A stretch of DNA of 64,000 nucleotides from an uncultured Bacillota bacterium (GCA_937919165.1 CALFPO010000026.1:4057-68056); one strand, 5' to 3'; counted from the stretch's first letter, positions 17,347 through 26,493 are shown. Numbers and translations are program-made. The notes: a model not told the origin generated them from the letters alone.

Positions 17347-18135
17347 ATGAAAAGAGTACCTATTGAAGAATGTAGAAAGATTTCCTTGGATATCTTGATA
17401 GATGTTGCAGCCTTTTGCGAAGAACATGATATGAGATATTATCTTTCGGTTGGTACTTTGCTTGGTGCTGTCAGACACAAAGGCTTCATTCCTTGGGATG
17501 ATGACATAGACATCATGATGCCTAGGCCCGACTATAAGAGATTCTTGAGCGAATACAACGGCAAGTATAGAGTGCTTAAGCCATCAGCAGGTTTACTTTA
17601 CTATGCCAAAGTCTATGATCCACATACCATTAAATATGAAGCAGATACCGACTACAAGAAGAACAAAGCTATCGGTGTTGATGTGGATATATTTCCATTG
17701 GATGGAATAGTCAACGATAAGGAAACAATTGATAAGCTGTATAAAAAATCTTGCTTCCTGGAGACATTGCTGAGACTGTCGAATCAGCCTATTTTCCTTC
17801 GTAAGAATCCAATCAAGGCTATTAATAGAATTATTCCAAGAATCATTGGGTCAAAGAACCTGGTGAAGCTAATTGAGAAGAACGCTCAGACATACGATTA
17901 TGATACAAGCGATTATGTTGTAAGAATGAGATGGTCGCCTAATGGTTTTACTGGAGCTTTGCCTAAAGCGGTATATGAGAAAGACTATGGCGAATTTGAG
18001 GGACATAGATTCTGTATACCTAAAGGCTATGATGAATGGCTGACGGCTTTCTTTGGAGACTACATGACATTGCCTCCAGAAGATGATAGAGTGACGCACG
18101 ATTTCGAGTGCTATAGGATAGACAATGAAGACTAA
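17347..18135 (+). CDS. licD: LicD-family phosphotransferase (CDP-alcohol/phosphocholine-type transferase)
   Basis: 'LLGAVRHKGFIPWDDDIDIMMPRPDY' is the LicD signature including the DxD. About 262 aa. Confidence 0.85.
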   Translation: MKRVPIEECRKISLDILIDVAAFCEEHDMRYYLSVGTLLGAVRHKGFIPWDDDIDIMMPRPDYKRFLSEYNGKYRVLKPSAGLLYYAKVYDPHTIKYEADTDYKKNKAIGVDVDIFPLDGIVNDKETIDKLYKKSCFLETLLRLSNQPIFLRKNPIKAINRIIPRIIGSKNLVKLIEKNAQTYDYDTSDYVVRMRWSPNGFTGALPKAVYEKDYGEFEGHRFCIPKGYDEWLTAFFGDYMTLPPEDDRVTHDFECYRIDNED

Positions 18136-19237
18136 GGTAGTAGAGTTCATAGGAAGACTGCAAGATGGCGGAGCAGAGACCCTTGTAAAGGACTATGCTT
18201 TGTTGCTGGACAAGGATAGATTTGATGTAACTGTATTGTGTGAAGACTATCGTCCTGAGTCCAACGTATACAAGACACTTGTAGAAAATGATGTCAAGAT
18301 TGAAGTGATGTATGACTGGTCCTTTTTCTTCAATAAGGTTTTTGCAAGACTTTTTGGAAAGAAGTATGTTGCGATCTTATTCAAGAAAGCCATCAGAAAA
18401 CTTCAGCCTGATGTTCTGCATACTCATCTGGAATTGCTGGAGGTTCTGTATCATGCAAGAGAGAGTCTTGATGGCATCAAACTGTTCTTCACGTGCCACA
18501 ATCCTCCACAGATGCTTATCGGTGATCAGAGGCCAAAAGAAAGAGATGCTTGTCGATATCTTATTGAACATAAAGGCTTAAGGCTTATTGCTTTGCATGA
18601 AGATATGGCTAAAGAAATTGACGAGATGTTTGGCATAGACAATACTGCCGTCATCAGAAACGGCATCAATTTCAGCAGATTCAGAAATATACCGAAATCT
18701 AAGGAAGAGATAAGAAAAGAGAATGATATCCCAGAGGATGCCTATGTGATAGGGCAGATAGGAAGATTTGCCTATCAGAAGAATCCTGAATTCACGGTAG
18801 AAGTATTCAATGAATTATTGAAGATAAACGATAAGGCTCATCTTGTTCTGATAGGAAGAGGAAGACAAGAGAATGAGCTCAGGAAAATGGTCAGTGATCT
18901 TGGAATCGAAGATAGAGTTCATATATTGGTTGGAAGGGATGATGTCCCTGAACTTCTTAAGGCTATGGATGTATTCATCTTCCCATCAAGATTTGAGGGA
19001 CTGGGAATCGTTCTGATTGAGGCACAGGTATCTGGCCTTCCATGCGTAACATCCGACAACATTCCGTTTGAGGCATACCAAAGCAAGAACATAACAAGAC
19101 TAAGTCTTGATGCTCCAAAGGAAGAATGGATAGAGGCATTATTGAATCCAAAAGGCAATATCGAAAGATATGGCGATATCAATGACTACGATATGAAAAA
19201 AGAGATAAAGAATCTTGAGGATCTTTATCTCCAATAA
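18125..19237 (+). CDS. Glycosyltransferase family 4 (GT-B, group 1)
   Basis: E-x7-E block 'FPSRFEGLGIVLIEAQVSGLPCV'. Overlaps the licD end. Confidence 0.85.
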   Translation: MKTKVVEFIGRLQDGGAETLVKDYALLLDKDRFDVTVLCEDYRPESNVYKTLVENDVKIEVMYDWSFFFNKVFARLFGKKYVAILFKKAIRKLQPDVLHTHLELLEVLYHARESLDGIKLFFTCHNPPQMLIGDQRPKERDACRYLIEHKGLRLIALHEDMAKEIDEMFGIDNTAVIRNGINFSRFRNIPKSKEEIRKENDIPEDAYVIGQIGRFAYQKNPEFTVEVFNELLKINDKAHLVLIGRGRQENELRKMVSDLGIEDRVHILVGRDDVPELLKAMDVFIFPSRFEGLGIVLIEAQVSGLPCVTSDNIPFEAYQSKNITRLSLDAPKEEWIEALLNPKGNIERYGDINDYDMKKEIKNLEDLYLQ

Positions 19238-20368
19238 TTATCTAAGCTTCTCGTTGTTTCTAACCATCTCGAAGAATGGCTCGAGATCGTTAGGATCATA
19301 ATAATAATGACATTTGCAATGAAGCATCTGAATGACCCAATCATCGACATTCATGCCTCTTTCGACTACTCTTTTCTGATAGTCTACAGGTTCAAGCATG
19401 CATGTGAATTCATCGCCGTATACGTGGGCATCTTTAGGTACGCTTCCATCTGCCATTGATTTTGCCCAAAGGTAAGGCAGATTCATTCCAGCAACAGTGG
19501 AAGCATAGCTCCATCCGGAATTGCGGAAGTTGATTTCGCCAAAATACATGACATCATCCTGATCGATCAGGAATTCAACTTCAAACAATCCCTCGAAACC
19601 GATCTTCTTGAACATGGCTTCAAGCTTGGATTGCATGTCATCGTTTCTGAAACTTCTGGTTGTAGAATATGGGCTGTAATACCCTTTGATGAGATAGTTG
19701 TATGTCGATTCTATCGAAACCATTATTTCGTTTCCGCTATTAATGCTGAAGCCTTCTAGAACGTATTCGTTCTTTTTATCTATGTATTTCTGGATCAGGA
19801 TGCTGTCGCTCTTGATCTTTTCGTATGCAGACTTGAGCTCGTCTTCGCTTTCACAGATATAAACATCTGACTTCCATCCGCCTTTTGCAGGAGTCAGCCC
19901 TTTTGTGATGACTGGATATTCGATATCGGATGGAATGCTTCCTCTATCGACAACGCAAGATTTCAATATTGGGAATCCGCACTCTTCAGCAAGCTTTAAG
20001 ATATTGTATTTATCCATGTATTCAGAAATACCATATTGCTTTCCGGCGTTGAAGAAAATGAATTTTCCTTCAAGTTCGTCGTATTTTCTGTCGAGCAGTT
20101 CCTGAGTCTTGTCATCGATTGTGAACAGAAAAGGAAGTTTGCTGGGGTCACTTTCATTCCCGAATTTGTCCATCAGCAATTCATAGCCTTCATCAGAATT
20201 GTCCACAAAATAGCAGTCTGAAACATACTTGCTGGTTGAGGCAAGTTTAGCCTTTCCCTTGATTGCGATATATATGGGATTTATGCCAGCTTCACCAAGG
20301 CTTCTGATAAGACCCAGAGTATTATAGTGTTCAACACCCAAAACAATGAATAGATGATCGGTAAGCAT
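19238..20368 (-). CDS. ATP-grasp carboxylate-amine ligase
   Basis: 376 aa. 'YPVITKGLTPAKGGWKSDVYICES' is the ATP-binding lysine region. The Mg/ATP motif E-x-N is in 'MYFGEINFRNSGWSY'. Its stop abuts the + strand GT4 stop with 0 nt between. Confidence 0.8.
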   Translation of the reverse strand: MLTDHLFIVLGVEHYNTLGLIRSLGEAGINPIYIAIKGKAKLASTSKYVSDCYFVDNSDEGYELLMDKFGNESDPSKLPFLFTIDDKTQELLDRKYDELEGKFIFFNAGKQYGISEYMDKYNILKLAEECGFPILKSCVVDRGSIPSDIEYPVITKGLTPAKGGWKSDVYICESEDELKSAYEKIKSDSILIQKYIDKKNEYVLEGFSINSGNEIMVSIESTYNYLIKGYYSPYSTTRSFRNDDMQSKLEAMFKKIGFEGLFEVEFLIDQDDVMYFGEINFRNSGWSYASTVAGMNLPYLWAKSMADGSVPKDAHVYGDEFTCMLEPVDYQKRVVERGMNVDDWVIQMLHCKCHYYYDPNDLEPFFEMVRNNEKLR

Positions 20369-20464
20369 AGACGAACCTCAACTTTCTTGTAAATCGATAC
20401 ATTCATTTTAGCATGATAGATAAAAGCAAGAAACATCAGCACTTAGATGGTAAAATATTAAGGT

Positions 20465-21553
20465 ATGAAATATCTATACTATTGCAATTCAGCCTATCAG
20501 ATAATAGCTGCCATCAATCTTCATTGGCATAGAAAACATGAAGGTTTTGAAAACATACCCGACTATGAAGGCGATCTCATTATCCTGAATTCTTTTTCTG
20601 GAACAAAAGACATCTACGAAAAGCTGAGTGATGCGCATGTTTTCAATAAGGTGATCTGCATCGACAAGAAATACAATAAGGGAACTTTTCATCGCATAAA
20701 GACAATACTTGATCTTCTCTTTCCTGCTATGTATCTCAAAGAGAAATATGGCCTCGAGAAGAAAGATGTCAAGAATTGTTATGATGTGATCGCCGTACCG
20801 AAGTATGCGGAAGTGACGGATGCGATATATCGTCTCAATGAAGGATCAGCCATAGAATTCATAGAAGATGGCATGGCGGCATATATAGCCAGCACTGAGC
20901 TTTATCCATATACGGAAAAATCCAGAAAATTGCATAGGGCACTTCATTGTGGAGGAGATTTTTCAAACTATAGAGCCCTCTATCTTGATTGCCCAGAACT
21001 GTATACTGGGGAAAATGTGGATAAGGTCAAAAGAATTCCTAGAATAAGCAACGATTGTCTTGAGATGACAAAGAATATATTTGGCGCCTCCATTCGAAGC
21101 GACAGAGACATATATTGGATTGCCCAGAATCTGGAGAACGATATCTACAAGTCCCAAGTCAAGGATCTTCTGAATATTTTGAGAAAGAACAAAGAGCATG
21201 TGCTGTTCAGGCCACATCCAAGATATCGTGAAGCTCAGGACTATACCGGTTTTGAAATCGATGATGAAAGCATGTCTTGGGAAATGAAGCTGATGCAGAT
21301 GGACAATGTAGACGATATCCTTCTTATATCTGTGCATTCGACAGCGTGCTTCACACCAAAGATGCTTTTTGACAAGGAACCTTATATCATCCTTTTCTAT
21401 AGACTAGTTGATTATAAGGTATCGTTTATGAATGAGAATTATGAAAACACAATTAAGAAATTCATAAAGACATATAGAGATCCTGAAAAGATCATGATTC
21501 CGGAGAATATGGATGAATTTGAGGAGTGCATCCTAAAGTTCATCAATCGATAG
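20465..21553 (+). CDS. Putative GT52-like / sialyltransferase-motif glycosyltransferase
   Basis: The N-terminus 'MKYLYYCNSAYQIIAAINL' resembles GT52 starts. A D/E-D/E-G motif 'EDG' lies at aa 134-136 (nt 20864-20872). An 'HP' motif in 'LFRPHPRY' lies at aa 251-252 (nt 21215-21220). The motifs are short, so the call is tentative. Confidence 0.4.
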   Translation: MKYLYYCNSAYQIIAAINLHWHRKHEGFENIPDYEGDLIILNSFSGTKDIYEKLSDAHVFNKVICIDKKYNKGTFHRIKTILDLLFPAMYLKEKYGLEKKDVKNCYDVIAVPKYAEVTDAIYRLNEGSAIEFIEDGMAAYIASTELYPYTEKSRKLHRALHCGGDFSNYRALYLDCPELYTGENVDKVKRIPRISNDCLEMTKNIFGASIRSDRDIYWIAQNLENDIYKSQVKDLLNILRKNKEHVLFRPHPRYREAQDYTGFEIDDESMSWEMKLMQMDNVDDILLISVHSTACFTPKMLFDKEPYIILFYRLVDYKVSFMNENYENTIKKFIKTYRDPEKIMIPENMDEFEECILKFINR

Positions 21554-22747
21554 TATTTCTTTGTATAGATCTATATAGCTTTCGTATTTGATTTCTTCAG
21601 AGAAGTTTTTTGCGTATTCTAGGCAGGCATTCTTAGAATATTTGCCTGTTTCGCATATGCTGATTATCTCTTTCTCAAGGCCTTCAAGATCACCTTTGTT
21701 CAGCACCGATCTGCAGGTATCATCGCCGATCTCTTTGCATCCGCCCACGTCATAGGTTATGACTGGTGTTCCGCAGGCAATAGATTCCATGATTACGGTA
21801 GGGTAGTTGTCGTCATATGTCGGAATGACGAAAACATCTGATGAAGAATAGATATCTATCAATTCCTTCTGGTCATATGTACGATGAATGGACAATATGG
21901 ATTCAGGAAGAAGCCTATCTGTCTCATCGTTTGTGCCTACCATGACAATCTTGTAGTTGTCTGGAAGCGATCTGCTTAAGCTTATGAAATCGAACAGACC
22001 CTTGAATTCATCCCAATAATAGGCAACCCCGAGGACTATATGCTTGTCTTGAAGGTTGTTTTTTTCTCTGAAGGAACTGTTTGTTGGCTTGAACAGATCG
22101 AGATTGATGCCATTACTTATTACTTTTACTGGGTATCTATCAGAAAAAAGAGATTCTTTCACAAGATCTGCCAGCCATCTTGAAGGCGTTACGATAGTAA
22201 GATTGCTTAACCTGCTATATATTTGCTTTCTGGCATTGAACACATGACGGGTTCTGTCGATGAAGGCACTTCCTGGATAGTAATCAAGATGAGGGCAATT
22301 GCCGCATCCGCTTTTCCACTTTTCGCATCTAGGTTGAGCGCATCTTCCCGTAAATGCCCAGTTGTCATGCAAGGTCCATACAACCGGTATGTTGCTTCTT
22401 GATAAGTAGTTGAAAAGCATTCTTATGTTCACAAAGCTGTCGCATAAGGAATGTATCTGAACAAGATCAGGTTTGATCTTCTTGAGTCTGTTGATGAATA
22501 GGCGAGTTCCGATAATGTTGAAATATCCGTTAAGACCTGTGTAAAACGAAAGCCTTTCGCTCAGCACTCTTTCTGCCCATATGCCGATCAAGAACTGGTT
22601 TTCGCTGAGATGGGCTTTTGTTTCTCTGCTGTTCTTGAAAAAAGAATATACATTGAACCCATTCTTCCTAGCAGTGCCTGCTATGCCACCGGTAATCTTT
22701 CCGGTGCTGCCGTAATTTATGCCATTAATCTCAACTATCGTTTTCAT
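21533..22747 (-). CDS. Glycosyltransferase family 4 (TuaC/WbuB-like)
   Basis: 'WTLHDNWAFTGRCAQPRCEKWKSGCGNCPHL' Cys-rich block and E-x7-E 'IPTYDDNYPTVIMESIACGTPVITYD'. Its 3' end overlaps the convergent + gene by 21 nt. Confidence 0.8.
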   Translation of the reverse strand: MKTIVEINGINYGSTGKITGGIAGTARKNGFNVYSFFKNSRETKAHLSENQFLIGIWAERVLSERLSFYTGLNGYFNIIGTRLFINRLKKIKPDLVQIHSLCDSFVNIRMLFNYLSRSNIPVVWTLHDNWAFTGRCAQPRCEKWKSGCGNCPHLDYYPGSAFIDRTRHVFNARKQIYSRLSNLTIVTPSRWLADLVKESLFSDRYPVKVISNGINLDLFKPTNSSFREKNNLQDKHIVLGVAYYWDEFKGLFDFISLSRSLPDNYKIVMVGTNDETDRLLPESILSIHRTYDQKELIDIYSSSDVFVIPTYDDNYPTVIMESIACGTPVITYDVGGCKEIGDDTCRSVLNKGDLEGLEKEIISICETGKYSKNACLEYAKNFSEEIKYESYIDLYKEILSIDEL

Positions 22748-22766
22748 TACTATGATTATATCAGTT

Positions 22767-22775
22767 TGTTATAAT
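22767..22775 (+). promoter_or_regulatory. Candidate extended -10 promoter (TGTTATAAT) for the block B operon
   Basis: A perfect TGnTATAAT sits in the 58-nt divergent gap, about 30 nt upstream of ATG 22806. RBS AGAAGGG lies between them. Confidence 0.45.
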
Positions 22776-22805
22776 TAATAAGAATAGAAAAGAAGGGCAA
22801 TAAAC

Positions 22806-23468
22806 ATGAGAATTCTAGCAATCGGTGCACATCTTGATGATATAGAAATAGCGGCTGGCGGAACCTTGGCCAAGGCTGTTGAGAACGGACATGAAGTAAA
22901 AGTATTGATAATGTCTAAATCTGGATATACCAACAAAGAAGGGCAGATGCAAAGATCTGATGATGTTGCGGTTGAAGAAGGAATCAAGGCGTTGCATACG
23001 CTGGGAATAGAAGATATCGAGATACTAGATTTTCCAACCAAGGACATTCCTTTCTGTTCGGATGTTGTCAACGCAATCGATCTGAGAATGTCCGAGTTCA
23101 ACCCTGATGTTATTTTTACGCATCATCCATTTGATACCCATCAGGCGCATGAGGGTGTCGCAAAAGCATCTATTGCAGCAGCAAGAAGAAAGAACACCGT
23201 CTTTTTCTATGAGCCAATACAGCCATCAGGAAGATCATATGTTGCCTTCAAGCCTGTCATGTATGTAGATATAGAACAGACCATCGACAAAAAGATCGAA
23301 TCTTTGAAATGCCATGCCAGCGAATATCATAAGTTTGGCGGTGAAGATTGGGTTGAAGGAGTAAAGTGCAGATGTGGTTTCAGAGGATATGAAATCGGAA
23401 AGAAATATGCTGAAGCATTTGAAGTGCTTAGACTAGAAATGAGCTTTGATAAAGAAAGCATCTTATAG
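22806..23468 (+). CDS. PIG-L/LmbE-family N-acetyl-sugar deacetylase
   Basis: 'RILAIGAHLDDIEIAAGGTLAK' and 'THHPFDTHQAHEG' (zinc-binding H-x-D-D / H-x-x-H blocks). Confidence 0.85.
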   Translation: MRILAIGAHLDDIEIAAGGTLAKAVENGHEVKVLIMSKSGYTNKEGQMQRSDDVAVEEGIKALHTLGIEDIEILDFPTKDIPFCSDVVNAIDLRMSEFNPDVIFTHHPFDTHQAHEGVAKASIAAARRKNTVFFYEPIQPSGRSYVAFKPVMYVDIEQTIDKKIESLKCHASEYHKFGGEDWVEGVKCRCGFRGYEIGKKYAEAFEVLRLEMSFDKESIL

Positions 23469-23481
23469 AATCAAATAACTT

Positions 23482-24516
23482 ATGAGAAAAAGAATTGAAT
23501 GGATAGACATTGCTAAATATGTGGCGATAATGTTTGTCATGCTTAGCCACTTTGAAGAATGTCCAGATATATTTAGAGATCTCTTCACGCCATTCTATTT
23601 GGCGGTTTTCTTTTTCTGTTCAGGATACTGCTATAGATTGAATGGCTCATTCAAGGAAATGTTTGCAAAGAAGGTTAAGCAGCTTTTCATTCCTTGGCTT
23701 GTCTACAGCAACCTGAATATCATCATTTCGAACATCAAATCATTTAAGGAACACGAAAACGGGCTATTTGTAGAGCTGTTCAGGAATATGCTGCAGATAA
23801 GGTATTTTGATGAAAGACTCTGGTTTATACCCGCTTTGTTTACGGCTTTCATTCCTTTCTATTTTGTTGTTAGGTCATACGAGAAAGATAAAAGCAGCAA
23901 AAAATCAATCCTTATTCTATGTTTCGTTTTGAGTCTGGGCAGAGCAATATACAAAGAGTATATGAACCCTGATTTCTTCCCATGGCACCTTACATCGCTT
24001 CCATGGCATATAGACTATATACCTACAGCTATGCTTTTCATGGTGCTTGGATATCTATTCAAGAAAGAATGGGAAGAATCCTTTGATGGATTCAACACCA
24101 TGCCAAATAGGGTTATGCTGACTGTGGCCTACCTGTTTGTTGTCTACTTCATGTATTTCAATGGCAATAATTATGGCAATTATGTCATTGAGTTTGTATA
24201 TGATCACTTAAGACATTTTTTGGGAATAGCAACTGTCATAGCTTGGTGCAAGGTTTCAAGAATAAACAGATATGTGGCTTTTGTCGGGGCAAATACTTTA
24301 TTGTATTTCTGCATACACAATAAGGTTGTTACGCTATTTGAAGTTGTGACCAGGCGTTTTCTGCCTGCGCTCAATAGCGCAATTACAAGCAGTGCACTGC
24401 ATTCATCATTGTTCTGCATCATAATGACTATCATCATTTCTCTTGTGCTGATAGTTCCAGCCATATTCGTCAATAAATACCTTCCTTGGACTGTAGGCAA
24501 AAGACGCAGCTCCTAG
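23482..24516 (+). CDS. Membrane O-acyltransferase, AT3 family
   Basis: 'IEWIDIAKYVAIMFVMLSHF' N-terminal AT3 block. 344 aa and polytopic. Confidence 0.75.
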   Translation: MRKRIEWIDIAKYVAIMFVMLSHFEECPDIFRDLFTPFYLAVFFFCSGYCYRLNGSFKEMFAKKVKQLFIPWLVYSNLNIIISNIKSFKEHENGLFVELFRNMLQIRYFDERLWFIPALFTAFIPFYFVVRSYEKDKSSKKSILILCFVLSLGRAIYKEYMNPDFFPWHLTSLPWHIDYIPTAMLFMVLGYLFKKEWEESFDGFNTMPNRVMLTVAYLFVVYFMYFNGNNYGNYVIEFVYDHLRHFLGIATVIAWCKVSRINRYVAFVGANTLLYFCIHNKVVTLFEVVTRRFLPALNSAITSSALHSSLFCIIMTIIISLVLIVPAIFVNKYLPWTVGKRRSS

Positions 24517-24553
24517 AAATGTTTTATAGGCTGTTTTGTTGTAAAATAGAAGC

Positions 24554-26491
24554 ATGAGCAAAACTCGTGCTTTTTATGTTGAGCATTGGCAGGTTATAGC
24601 CATCTTGTTGATGCTTTATGATCTGATAACTATAGCCTTTTCATACTTCTTTGGCTTGTGGCTAAGGTTTGATTTCAGGTTCACGACAATACCTGTACAG
24701 TACCTTAGCGTTTACTATAAGTTCATCATTCCATATGCAATCATGTGCATCTTCATTTATGCATTCTTTAAGCTGTATAGAAGCATATGGCGTTTTGCAA
24801 GTTACAGTGAACTGATCAATACCATCCTAGCAACAACGATTTGCGGAGTGTTGAATCTGATTATCACCAGAATATTCGGTGCCAGAATGCCTTGGTCATT
24901 CCATGTCTATGGCTATATCATGCAGTTGATTTTTGCGGCTGCCGTTAGGTTCTCATATCGAATGATCTTGATGCTCAAGCGTCAGCAGATGAACAACAAG
25001 AATTCCAACAGAGTAATGCTTATTGGTGCAGGTGATGCCGGCATGACCATTCTTAGAGACATCAACAAGAATATCGAAAGTAATTCCAAGGTTGTCTGCA
25101 TCATTGACGACAATACCAATAAGTACGGAAGATATATCGAAGGTGTACCGGTTGTCGGAGGAAGAGACGACATCCTGAAGAATGTCGAGAAGTACAACAT
25201 CAACGAGATATGCTTTGCGATACCTTCGGCATCTAATCAGCAGAAAAGAGATATCCTGAACATATGCCGTGAAACCGATTGCGAAATCAAGGTCCTTCCT
25301 GGCATCCAGCAGCTCGTCAAGGGCGACGTATCTGTAAGTATGATGAAGAATGTCGCTATCGAAGATTTGCTTGGTAGAGATGTAGTCAAGGTAAACAACG
25401 ACCAGATTCTAGAATTCATCAGGGGCAAGGTAGTGTTGGTTACCGGTGGTGGCGGATCGATCGGTTCAGAACTATGCCGTCAGATCGCCAAGCACAACCC
25501 TAAACAATTGATCATCTTTGACATATATGAGAACAATGCATATGAGATTGAACAGGAACTAAAACGCAATCATCCTGAATTGAATCTTCTGGTATTGATA
25601 GGATCAGTAAGAGATTCTAAGCGCATAGATTATGTCTTTGATAAATATCGTCCAGAGATCGTCTACCACGCAGCAGCTCATAAGCATGTGCCTTTGATGG
25701 AGACATCGCCATGCGAGGCCATCAAAAACAATACCATTGGAACATTCAAGACAGCCTATGCGGCTGTGAAATATGGCACCAAGAGATTCGTGCTAATCAG
25801 CACCGACAAGGCCGTCAATCCAACAAACATCATGGGTGCAACCAAGAGGATGTGCGAGATGGTCATCCAGACTTTCGATAAGCTCATCAAGAACAACACC
25901 ACCGATAAGCTGGCTGTAGTTGAAGACTGCTTCTCGGAAGTAAGCTCAGATAAGCTGGAAAACAAGACAGAATTTGTTGCGGTAAGATTCGGCAACGTTC
26001 TTGGATCTAACGGGTCAGTAATTCCTTTATTCAAGAAACAGATTGAAGCAGGCGGTCCTGTAACGGTAACCCATCCTGACATCATCCGCTACTTCATGAC
26101 CATACCCGAAGCTGTATCGCTTGTCTTGCAGGCTGGCGTATATGCCAAAGGCGGAGAGATATTCATCCTTGATATGGGAGAACCAGTGAAGATCGATACT
26201 TTGGCTCGCAATCTTATCAAGCTTTCGGGATTCAAGCCAGATGAGGACATCAAGATCGTATATACTGGCTTGAGGCCTGGCGAGAAATTATACGAAGAGA
26301 AGCTTATGGATGAAGAAGGTCATGAAAAGACCGACAACAATCTGATCTATGTCGGCAAGCCTTTAGAGATAGATGAAGATGAATTCCTGAATCAGCTTAA
26401 GGAACTATATGACAAATCGTACAACAACGATGAAGAAATATATAAGCTTGTAGAGAAGACAGTCCCTACATACAGAAGAAACGAGGCATAA
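24554..26491 (+). CDS. Membrane-anchored UDP-GlcNAc 4,6-dehydratase (PglF/CapD/EpsC/WbpM family)
   Basis: 645 aa. Four N-terminal TM helices, two Rossmann regions ('VMLIGAGDAG', 'VVLVTGGGGSIGSELCRQI') and the 'MGATKRMCE' catalytic block. Confidence 0.9.
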   Translation: MSKTRAFYVEHWQVIAILLMLYDLITIAFSYFFGLWLRFDFRFTTIPVQYLSVYYKFIIPYAIMCIFIYAFFKLYRSIWRFASYSELINTILATTICGVLNLIITRIFGARMPWSFHVYGYIMQLIFAAAVRFSYRMILMLKRQQMNNKNSNRVMLIGAGDAGMTILRDINKNIESNSKVVCIIDDNTNKYGRYIEGVPVVGGRDDILKNVEKYNINEICFAIPSASNQQKRDILNICRETDCEIKVLPGIQQLVKGDVSVSMMKNVAIEDLLGRDVVKVNNDQILEFIRGKVVLVTGGGGSIGSELCRQIAKHNPKQLIIFDIYENNAYEIEQELKRNHPELNLLVLIGSVRDSKRIDYVFDKYRPEIVYHAAAHKHVPLMETSPCEAIKNNTIGTFKTAYAAVKYGTKRFVLISTDKAVNPTNIMGATKRMCEMVIQTFDKLIKNNTTDKLAVVEDCFSEVSSDKLENKTEFVAVRFGNVLGSNGSVIPLFKKQIEAGGPVTVTHPDIIRYFMTIPEAVSLVLQAGVYAKGGEIFILDMGEPVKIDTLARNLIKLSGFKPDEDIKIVYTGLRPGEKLYEEKLMDEEGHEKTDNNLIYVGKPLEIDEDEFLNQLKELYDKSYNNDEEIYKLVEKTVPTYRRNEA

Positions 26492-26493
26492 GA

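Noticed and set aside
20448-20456. TGGTAAAAT (20448-20456) and TGATAAAAT (49850-49858) as additional extended -10 promoters.
   Set aside because: Each ends only about 9 nt before the downstream ATG, which leaves no room for a transcription start plus RBS. The second also overlaps the upstream stop codon.
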